From a virus, in IMG/VR virus record IMGVR_UViG_3300045988_063953: a stretch of 64,000 nucleotides of DNA. The stretch is one strand, 5' to 3'. How positions within the stretch are numbered: the stretch's first letter is position 1; each line of letters starts with the position of its first letter. The notes under the pieces were generated by a model. It searched no databases. It was not told the origin of the DNA and worked only from the letters and a program-made list of their open reading frames with translations. The translations under genes and the position numbers were made by a program. This document shows positions 19,401-26,805 of the stretch, in pieces.

Positions 19401-22400
19401 AATAATATCTTTCAACACCATTTTTATCTTTTCTAACAATACCATCTCTATCAGAAAGATAAGCGTCAAATAAAGCATCTGCTGCTTTGCTATAAACATC
19501 AGTAAACTTTTTATGCTTTTTACCATCAACTACTTCTTCTTCAATAGCAGACTGTCTATTCTGAGCATCAATAACACCTGCAATAGCATCAAGTTTATTA
19601 TTACGTTTAGTAAGAAGTTTATTATATAATGGATTCTTTCTAATATCATTAACAATAGCTTTAAGAATATCCTCTTCCACACCTTGAGCTTTATAAGTAT
19701 TATAAAGCTCATCAGCAAGTTCATCCATAGTAATCTTATCTTTATGAGCTTTAATAGTAGGAATAACAGCTCCATTAATTACTACTTTAGCATCATTAAG
19801 AATCTCTTTACCAGAATCAGCAACAGCATCTTCATTAGAGTTTTCTGATACCTCCCCCGTATAAGAAATGTGAGATTGCTTACCAGTATCTCCTTTAAGA
19901 TGTTTTTCTAACCATTGTTTTTGAATATCATTAAGTTGTATCCCACGAACTTCATCATTACCAATATCATCACCTTTTTGATAAGCAAAGAAAGTTCCGT
20001 TATCATTAACAACTATTTCCCCAACAACAGGTTCACCGTTAATATTACCTTTAATAGGTTTCTTAATCTTATATTTGAAAACTCCAAAGTCAGTTTCATT
20101 CTTACTAATAGTATCAATAAGAGCAGTTTCTTGTTGTTCTTTAATACTCTTATCTCCTTGAGGAGCTTCTTCAGAACTTTGTTCTTCTACAGGAGCATCA
20201 CTTTTTTTACCTATAAGACCTTTACTAACAACTTCAAAATCACCATTATCTTTACGTTTAACAATAGGATTTTGTTTAACTTCAGCATTATTGTCAATAA
20301 CCGAAGCATCTTTTTCAACATCAAATAAAGCAGTGTTATTAAACAAATGTTCAACACCTACTTTACCTTTAAGTTGAATTTCTTCAGTACCATCTTCTTT
20401 AGCTACAGTTTCTATGTTAGTTTTACCAGTAGAATCAATATCACCTTTATCATTAAAACGAATACTTTTAGCAGGAGTTTCTTCTGTTTTTGGCTCGGTC
20501 GGTTCAGTGGTTGGCTCGGTGCTTTCCTCGCTGCTTACTTCGTCCGTAGTGCCGTTCTTTTGGCTTTCCTCGCTTTCAGTTTCATTTGTCGATTGATTAT
20601 TCGACTTTTCATTTTCAGCCGTTTCTGAGGGATTTTGATTTGTGGTAGTATTTTTCTTCTTTTGCTCCTCCTTTTGGAACTGCAATATCTCTTCTAAGTC
20701 CAACACATTTGTCAAACTTTCATAAAGTTGATTATTGTTAGGATTAGCAAAATTATAAACAGTAATTGCTTCATCAAACTTTTCTTTATCTTCTTTGTCA
20801 TAAAGTTCAGTAATCTTATCAAACTCTTCATTATCTCCAATACGTCTACTTGCAAGAGCAGCTTCAAGACTTTCTCTACCATATTTACCAAGAATATCTT
20901 TGAAAGTATCAGTAGCTTTAGCAAGTTTAGCTCTACGCATTTCATTAAGAGTATTGTTAAGTACTCCTATTTCTGTTTTAAGTTCACTAACAGAACTAAC
21001 TACTTGAGAACGATTTTGATTAATTTGATAACCATATTGATAAGCTCTATTGTAAGACTCACCTATGGCATCTTCTTTGCTGCCATACTCTTTAAGTTCT
21101 TCAAGAATGTCATTAGTACTACGATTGAGTTTATTATAATCAGTAGCAAATTGTTTTGCATCTTCTTCTGCTAATTGAAGAGTTTTATCATCAAGTTCAA
21201 ATATATTTTGAACACCTCTGAAATCACCTTTGTCAATAGCATCTGCAATAGCTTTTTCTTCTTCTTGAAGAGCAAGTCTTCCAGCTTCATCATCTTTAGT
21301 TAAAAGACTTTGTCTTACAAGATTAGTCTTATTTCTTGCAAAGAATATTGGAAGCATACTTCTAACATCATTCTTATCATAAAGACTTTCATGTAAAGAC
21401 TTAATTTGTTTATCAATACTTTCGAGAGCTAATTGACCACCAATAGTAGGATTATCTTTAAGAGATTGTTCTACTTCTGCTTTACTCTGATATAAGTCAG
21501 TTAAAGCCCAAACATTAGCACGAGCTTCAAGTGCTCTTTCATAATCTTCAACTTCACCACTAAGTTTACCATCTTCTTTAGCTTTAGCTATAAGAGCACG
21601 ATAAATATTCAGTTCTTCATTACGAGCAGTTTCTAAAGTTTTAATACCAAGACGATTATATGCATTATTTGTAGCGATCGTTTGAAGCATTTCAAAAGGA
21701 ATAACTTTACCATCTTCAACAGCATCAGCAGAAATACGATTAAGATGAGTAATTTCGTCATTATATTCTTTTTCTACTTGTGCTATTTTATCAACAGCTT
21801 GTTGTTGAAAAGTATGACTATCTTCTTCACTAATAATACCTTTAGCTACCATAACTTGTCTGACATTATCATCAGACATAAATTCTTTAAGCAAAGAACT
21901 ATTACCATTGTTCATTGCCTCTAAAGACATATCAGTAAGAGTTTTGTTAATTACTTGTTGCTTAAAAGTAGCTTGTTCAGCTTTAGTAAGTTCTCTATCA
22001 TCAGAAGTATCAAAAGGATTACGAGCTTGTTCAATTCTTTTAAGTTGTTGTCCAAGTAATTGAAGTTTAGCATCTCTACCTTGAATTTCGGCAATCTTAC
22101 GTTTAACTTCTGGAAGTTCATCATTCATAGACCAAGAAGGAGCATTACTATTATTTTCTCCTGTAGTAGCATTTTCACCTGTTTTAGCCTTATCATTCTT
22201 ATGTTCAAGGTTATATTTTAGCTGATTAAGTTTACTACCACCTACTTCAAATACAACACCACCAAGAACACCCCAAAACATACTCTCCCAAAGTTGAGGA
22301 CTTTGAGCATAACTTTTAAGACGAGAATCAAAAGAACTACCGTTAGAAGTACCTAATAATACTCTACCAGTATCCATAGCCTCAAGCTGAGAAATAGTAT

Positions 22401-23610
22401 TAACACCTTCTTCAAGACCTTCACCTAATTGAGCACCAACAGCAAGTTTACTCTTAAAAAGAAAATCAGTAGCATGGTCTTTAGTCTTAGTCCAAAGATT
22501 CTCTTTGACTTCTTTACCAGCTTGTCTTGCAGCATCTCTAAGAATTTCACGTTGAGCTTTATTAGCAGCACCTCTACCGATATCTTCCATAGCTTTACCA
22601 CCAAAAGCATTCTTAAGAGCATACATTTGAATAACATCAGAAATAGTATTAACATAGTTATTTCTAAAGTCTTCATCTGCTGAATTACGAGCAATAGCTT
22701 TAGCTGCTTCATCTCTATTGTTGTAATCTACGTCTTGTAGTTTATCTTGATGATTTTTAACCCATTGAGCATATTCAGCATCAGACATATTACCAAGAGT
22801 ATTTTTAGCCTCATTATACATATCAGAATAAACACCTCGTGCTTCCTGATAATTTTCCATTGTACGTTGAAGTAAAGCATTAACTCCCTTTTCAATAGCC
22901 ATATTAGTCATCTGAAGAACTTTAGGATTATCAGCTAACTTAGCTACTTTAGCAAGAGAAGAAAACTTTTCTAAAGACCTAATACCAGTACGAGTAATAG
23001 CACCTATATTACGTGCTTTACCAATATAAGATAAACCTTTAACTACACCACTTGAAGGAATAAGAAGAGTAAGAGAACTTGCAATACTTGGAAGATTACT
23101 TGCCCACCAACCTGCATTAAGCAAACCTCCATTACCTATATTAACTCCATCTTCAACATATATTGGAGCAAACTCTTTGAACTCTTCTTGTTTCTGCTCA
23201 AGAAATTGACTTACAGGATTAGAATAATCATGGTCAGAAAGACCTGTAAGTTGACCTACTGCATCAACTAAATCACTAAGTCCTTTAACAGTTCCAAGAC
23301 CTATTTCACTAACAACAGTTTGAGCAAGAGCATTACCAAACTTTTTAAAGTTACCTTGAGCACGTGCTAACTCGTTATTAAGATTCTTACTTACAAGATT
23401 AGGTGTAATACCTTGTTCTAAAAACCTTTCAGGATTATCCATCTTCCATCGCATATCAGCACTACCAGCAATGAAATCAGCTCCAGCAGACTGAACTGTT
23501 GGAGCTGTAATACTTTGAATAACTTTAGGTTCTTTATTTTTTTTTGATTTAGGCTTATAATTAGGATTTGGTACAAAGCCTCCACCAAGAGTATCATCAT
23601 TTATAACCAT
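16495..23610 (-). CDS. giant virion/ejected protein with C-terminal zincin-like HExxH motif
   Basis: 2371-codon ORF. LIHEQLHRIL (HExxH) is encoded by the complement of 17173-17187. The central part is coiled-coil-like and carries an acidic P/T/E-rich linker at about 20461-20640. It lies next to the RNAP gene, as in crAss-like cargo modules. Confidence 0.7.
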   Translation of the reverse strand: MVINDDTLGGGFVPNPNYKPKSKKNKEPKVIQSITAPTVQSAGADFIAGSADMRWKMDNPERFLEQGITPNLVSKNLNNELARAQGNFKKFGNALAQTVVSEIGLGTVKGLSDLVDAVGQLTGLSDHDYSNPVSQFLEQKQEEFKEFAPIYVEDGVNIGNGGLLNAGWWASNLPSIASSLTLLIPSSGVVKGLSYIGKARNIGAITRTGIRSLEKFSSLAKVAKLADNPKVLQMTNMAIEKGVNALLQRTMENYQEARGVYSDMYNEAKNTLGNMSDAEYAQWVKNHQDKLQDVDYNNRDEAAKAIARNSADEDFRNNYVNTISDVIQMYALKNAFGGKAMEDIGRGAANKAQREILRDAARQAGKEVKENLWTKTKDHATDFLFKSKLAVGAQLGEGLEEGVNTISQLEAMDTGRVLLGTSNGSSFDSRLKSYAQSPQLWESMFWGVLGGVVFEVGGSKLNQLKYNLEHKNDKAKTGENATTGENNSNAPSWSMNDELPEVKRKIAEIQGRDAKLQLLGQQLKRIEQARNPFDTSDDRELTKAEQATFKQQVINKTLTDMSLEAMNNGNSSLLKEFMSDDNVRQVMVAKGIISEEDSHTFQQQAVDKIAQVEKEYNDEITHLNRISADAVEDGKVIPFEMLQTIATNNAYNRLGIKTLETARNEELNIYRALIAKAKEDGKLSGEVEDYERALEARANVWALTDLYQSKAEVEQSLKDNPTIGGQLALESIDKQIKSLHESLYDKNDVRSMLPIFFARNKTNLVRQSLLTKDDEAGRLALQEEEKAIADAIDKGDFRGVQNIFELDDKTLQLAEEDAKQFATDYNKLNRSTNDILEELKEYGSKEDAIGESYNRAYQYGYQINQNRSQVVSSVSELKTEIGVLNNTLNEMRRAKLAKATDTFKDILGKYGRESLEAALASRRIGDNEEFDKITELYDKEDKEKFDEAITVYNFANPNNNQLYESLTNVLDLEEILQFQKEEQKKKNTTTNQNPSETAENEKSNNQSTNETESEESQKNGTTDEVSSEESTEPTTEPTEPKTEETPAKSIRFNDKGDIDSTGKTNIETVAKEDGTEEIQLKGKVGVEHLFNNTALFDVEKDASVIDNNAEVKQNPIVKRKDNGDFEVVSKGLIGKKSDAPVEEQSSEEAPQGDKSIKEQQETALIDTISKNETDFGVFKYKIKKPIKGNINGEPVVGEIVVNDNGTFFAYQKGDDIGNDEVRGIQLNDIQKQWLEKHLKGDTGKQSHISYTGEVSENSNEDAVADSGKEILNDAKVVINGAVIPTIKAHKDKITMDELADELYNTYKAQGVEEDILKAIVNDIRKNPLYNKLLTKRNNKLDAIAGVIDAQNRQSAIEEEVVDGKKHKKFTDVYSKAADALFDAYLSDRDGIVRKDKNGVERYYFSFQDLLNWCNEVSETPDTATGIYGYLKQYILDKSKNKDYLYRIVDEAALDAETIFDNKKEIIQTLNADRHRLNIKQLVELYQKEDRTDELNELLEALDNVKVGDRVSIEVRNNKLHIRTNGTLIGALPVPIVSKEIDAYTVKNDGVIYDINVNNGDSTLKDTLKRWVYEENEDASEVNDILYSLAFDKTLTEKDRKKLYKKFLNNKEVKALVDKGVIVDPTDIDIVAEGFAKLYRYIAKSYNQVAGTDLEYKLADVLSNSIDDYFDKLLNSYNAISAIAKFPQGYEATVDYVTSGILTKQVESNEEYLNPEVEKQANTVKDAVADSLMDRFEFGFIPTGQNAYGERTSGIVYGDGGSQVDFPGTPGNTFGMIKDQNGVPQLVRAYPVRFGDKRLSKDVVKIQKAIKTEFANLLEDFYAHKEGSYERLRDFVNKVFSNYNRTISRGFMSDNGITIRDFSKGNGFNIAIDGQPFSISIGNSIYRGERQYQTAVRQGEAKGIFDKNGENKDAAIKMFEQFVDRSAIGIHFDAMQNAINENYPLTGFMSRNEKGEFTVTIPNSKTGKPTVVSAKSYKDFLIDNNLVKINLKKTKDINGKETNFTRRNDKTQVGNQTLYVRFDAVKTPETINGNTAEQKTSGDARVEKVVQLLEKGDKREHQGNAIATMILGNSVKNLLKPINGYSILPKTIIFDKDLNSRAGYERTNALYNVTKDTITVGTKWLDMLRNPDTKQEALRKLIHEQLHRILAQDGNAKYIEQVRAIRDEFIEANKRDGLEEGKGIRRYEKIDKNDTIALEEFLVESLTSKELIDRLNAIDAKVDKGSKKKSLFQKIVDTLCKIFGWDVRKGSLYEKEIVALGDILNTTKKEVAKEGTLDFKDESSDTSPVKEITEETTSPETTKEEPPKVYDSEDSFDNEFDMDVDFDDVMRSNIDEDIRTPTIKSFIDSIPIENRAKMREQIDNGELQTYCK
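16738..16756 (-). repeat. GC-rich dispersed motif copy 6 (CTCCCCCGTAAAGGAAATT)
   Basis: Exact core, sense inside the 2371-aa ORF (peptide DTSPVKEI). Confidence 0.9.
19852..19871 (+). repeat. GC-rich dispersed motif copy 7, variant (CTCCCCCGTATAAGAAATGT)
   Basis: One mismatch in the core, antisense inside the 2371-aa ORF (peptide SYTGEVS). Confidence 0.85.
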
Positions 23611-23622
23611 AGTTGTTTCTTT

Positions 23623-25536
23623 TTACTTATTAAAATAACCTATTGCAGAAAGAATATAGTTAGATATTTCTTGTTGCTTTTGTTTCATTGTTGCAGCATA
23701 ATCACTAACATCTAATCCTTGAGCCTTATAATTACTATAATTATTAACTAAGTCAGGATATAATTCTTGAACTGCTTGAGCACCTCTAATTTCTGCAATT
23801 TTAGCAGCATTAGGATTCATGTCAATAGGTCTACCATTGTTATCAACAATAGGGTCACCATTTGCCATAAGAGTACCATCTTGAATTTCATCGATTACAT
23901 CATCAATTATAAATGCTTTATTAAGCATATGTTCAGCAGCAGCTCTATCAAGTGACCTAACACTACCATTAGGAGAAAGAAGGGTATAGCCTTCACCATC
24001 ACTATGTCTAAGAGTTCCCTCTTGAGGAATACTCATGTCATAGTTATAAAGTTCCATATTGTTTGCTTCAACAGCTGCACGAGTACGAGTATCTTGTAGT
24101 ACAGCTTTCTCTGCATCATCATTGTGAAGTTGAGGTATAAACAATTCTATAATACCATTAGGAGCATATTCTTTCATAATTTTATCCATTGTATCATCCC
24201 CATCTTGTGGATTCTTTAATTTACTTGCATCAATAGTAAGTTTAGTTCCATATTGATTACCTGAATAAGCAGAGTTAAAACGAACAGCACCTTGAACAGT
24301 AGAAGCACGTTTAACAATTTGGTCTATAGCATCTCTATCTTTAGTTTCAGTTACTTCACCATAACTTTGACTTTTATCATCACCAAAGTTTTTCTTAAAT
24401 ACTTGATATTGACTAAGACCTTCACCACTAAGTTCTTGACGATAACGTTCTTCTAAAGCATTAATACCAAATACATACTCTTCTTTACTAATTAAACCTC
24501 TATTAAGTTTATTTCTAAGTTGAGTATGTTCAGCACCCATATCAGTAGTAGTAATCATACTTGTAGCAACAGTACGTTCTTTACCTGTCATAGGGTCAAT
24601 AGATGCTTCTTTAACTTTAGCATCAGCTTCATCCATAAGTTTGAGCATATTATATAAATCTGCTTGAGTCTTATTTCTATTAGCATGATAACCTCCTTTT
24701 GGTTCAAGAAAACTACCATCATATCTCTTTTCACCAATAGGTCTTACATAACCTTCTCTACCTTGAATATCAGGAGCATTAGCATAAGCATCATTAACAC
24801 TACCATTAAAGTTTGCATTGATCACTTGACCTTTATTATCAAGTCCAGCAATGCTATAACGAGCTTCAACTTTAGTAGATTCTAAACTATCATCAATAGC
24901 TTTACCTTTTGATTTAATACTATGATTACTATCTACATTACGAAGTCCTTGAAGAATTTTAGTAAGGTTATCTAAGTTATTTCCTTTGGCAACATTTAGA
25001 GTAACCATACCATCTTTCTCAATAAGTTGAACACCTTTCATTTTACGAAGGTCATCTTTACTCCAACCATTATTAGCTAAGAATAAATCAAAAGCATTAT
25101 CTTCATATACATCATCTTTAGCTAACCAATCCCAACCAAACCAACCTGTTCTACGAACAACTTTAGGGTCAAAATTAATAGATATTGCAGTAGCATCTTG
25201 CTTATTACCTTTAGCATCAGTATAACTACCTAAATCTTTAATAAAACCAATATATTGTTTTTCAAAAGGATTAATAAAGTTACCTTTAGCATCTCTATCA
25301 AAAACACCATTATTTCTAACATTATTAAGAAAGTTAAATGCTTGTCTTTGTTCTTGATTAGCTATATTATAAAAACCGTTAGTTACACGAGCCTGCTGAC
25401 GAAGCTTCATAACTTGTTCTTTTATATAAGCTCTTTTATTAGCAGGAATTTTAAGTGTACTGAGATAATCAGCAGCACCATTATAATCTCGTGCTCTAAT
25501 CAAATCATCATATTGTTTACTATTAAAATCTATCAT
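23623..25536 (-). CDS. virion/cargo-module protein, function unknown
   Basis: 637-aa ORF, tightly packed (12-nt gap to the downstream gene), on the same strand, with coding-like composition. Confidence 0.7.
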   Translation of the reverse strand: MIDFNSKQYDDLIRARDYNGAADYLSTLKIPANKRAYIKEQVMKLRQQARVTNGFYNIANQEQRQAFNFLNNVRNNGVFDRDAKGNFINPFEKQYIGFIKDLGSYTDAKGNKQDATAISINFDPKVVRRTGWFGWDWLAKDDVYEDNAFDLFLANNGWSKDDLRKMKGVQLIEKDGMVTLNVAKGNNLDNLTKILQGLRNVDSNHSIKSKGKAIDDSLESTKVEARYSIAGLDNKGQVINANFNGSVNDAYANAPDIQGREGYVRPIGEKRYDGSFLEPKGGYHANRNKTQADLYNMLKLMDEADAKVKEASIDPMTGKERTVATSMITTTDMGAEHTQLRNKLNRGLISKEEYVFGINALEERYRQELSGEGLSQYQVFKKNFGDDKSQSYGEVTETKDRDAIDQIVKRASTVQGAVRFNSAYSGNQYGTKLTIDASKLKNPQDGDDTMDKIMKEYAPNGIIELFIPQLHNDDAEKAVLQDTRTRAAVEANNMELYNYDMSIPQEGTLRHSDGEGYTLLSPNGSVRSLDRAAAEHMLNKAFIIDDVIDEIQDGTLMANGDPIVDNNGRPIDMNPNAAKIAEIRGAQAVQELYPDLVNNYSNYKAQGLDVSDYAATMKQKQQEISNYILSAIGYFNK

Positions 25537-25542
25537 AGTTTC

Positions 25543-26724
25543 TTATCTACCATTAAGTTGAGTATTTATTTGACTACCACTACTAATAGGATATTGCATA
25601 GGAGTATACCAAGTATTATTTTGAGTTGTTACTACAGGACCATCTTTAGTAACTCCTGCACCTAAGTAAACTCCTCCACCGTTAAGACCTCCAGTAGAAC
25701 CTGTTCTACCACCAGTTCCGTTATCTTTATCAGGAGCTTCTCGACCACTTGTTTTATTAAGAGAAGTAGTTTCATTACTAATTTTAGTATAAGAAGCTGC
25801 ACTAAGACTTGGGTCAATCTGATAAAAGAACATCGCTTTACCACTACCAAGACGAATACCATTAGCATCACTAACTTGAGATTCAAGAGCTTGAATTTCT
25901 CTATTCAATTCATCTTGTTTGTCAGGAGGAAGAGCATCTCTTTGTTTAGTAAGTTTATCAATCTTCCAAACTTTATTTTCATAGTCTTGTTGTATAGCTT
26001 GAGCATTTTGCCTATAAGTACCCTCAGCAGCAGTTTTAAGTTTATTCTTAGTTAAAACAGTTTTACCACTACTACTTCCACTCTGCTTATCATAGCCTGA
26101 AGCACTACCATCATGTTTAGTAAAATCACTACCTGTTGTAACAGACCTACTACTCTGCTTTGAATCAGCTTGTGCAACACCAATAGTGTACTTAACTAAA
26201 TCCTCAACATTAACATCTTTAACAGGAGTCCATTTAGCTTTCCAATCATTACTACCTACAACTCTTCCATCATCATCGTAAATAGGTTTATATTCATAAC
26301 CATTTTGTTCTTCAAAACGAAGTTTAGTATCATCATTCAAATCTTGACGAGCCTTGACTGTTTTAAGAACTTCTTGTCTTTGATTATTAGTTCTAATTCT
26401 ACTTGTAAGTTCAGGAGCAGAAATAGCATCTCCTGCAAGAGTAGTTGCTAAACTTAAAGCAGAACTATAATCACCACCTCTTGCTGCATAATCAATTTGG
26501 TCTTGAATACTACGAGCATAAGCAGCTTTCCAATTATCTTCACTACTATCTAATTCAATTTGGGCAAGAGCAGTTTGAATAGCACTTCTTTGTTTAAGAG
26601 CCTCTTTATGCTTCTCATCAATCTTATTAAGAGAATTAGCAAATATATCTAAATGCTTTTTTATAATAGGTCGTGGAGCAACATAACCAAAACCTATTGA
26701 CTGACTACTTTCTTCATTTGCCAT
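25543..26724 (-). CDS. virion/cargo-module protein with Gly/Ser/Thr-rich C-terminus, function unknown
   Basis: 393-aa ORF, 6 nt upstream of the next gene. The C-terminal tract is low-complexity and G/S/T-rich. Confidence 0.7.
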   Translation of the reverse strand: MANEESSQSIGFGYVAPRPIIKKHLDIFANSLNKIDEKHKEALKQRSAIQTALAQIELDSSEDNWKAAYARSIQDQIDYAARGGDYSSALSLATTLAGDAISAPELTSRIRTNNQRQEVLKTVKARQDLNDDTKLRFEEQNGYEYKPIYDDDGRVVGSNDWKAKWTPVKDVNVEDLVKYTIGVAQADSKQSSRSVTTGSDFTKHDGSASGYDKQSGSSSGKTVLTKNKLKTAAEGTYRQNAQAIQQDYENKVWKIDKLTKQRDALPPDKQDELNREIQALESQVSDANGIRLGSGKAMFFYQIDPSLSAASYTKISNETTSLNKTSGREAPDKDNGTGGRTGSTGGLNGGGVYLGAGVTKDGPVVTTQNNTWYTPMQYPISSGSQINTQLNGR

Positions 26725-26763
26725 AATAATATCTTTATTTACTATATGCGAATATACAACATT

Positions 26764-26791
26764 TCTCCTAATAGTATCATCTATTAGGAGA
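26764..26791 (-). terminator. intergenic hairpin (weak terminator or processing site)
   Basis: TCTCCTAATAG/CTATTAGGAGA 11-bp stem with a 6-nt loop. There is no clear U-tract on either strand. Confidence 0.4.
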
Positions 26792-26805
26792 AAATTAATA
26801 TTAAA

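Noticed and set aside
2977-23610. Stop-codon reassignment, introns or inteins, all of which are reported in some crAss-like lineages.
   Set aside because: The 4477- and 2371-codon ORFs, and every other large gene, are uninterrupted in the standard code. No in-frame TAG or TGA clusters, homing-endonuclease ORFs or intein splice-junction motifs were noticed.
26725-26760. TATATTCG on the minus strand upstream of gene 25543..26724, as a third host-type promoter.
   Set aside because: The -7 element is imperfect (TTCG instead of TTTG), and no TTTG lies 19-21 nt upstream.
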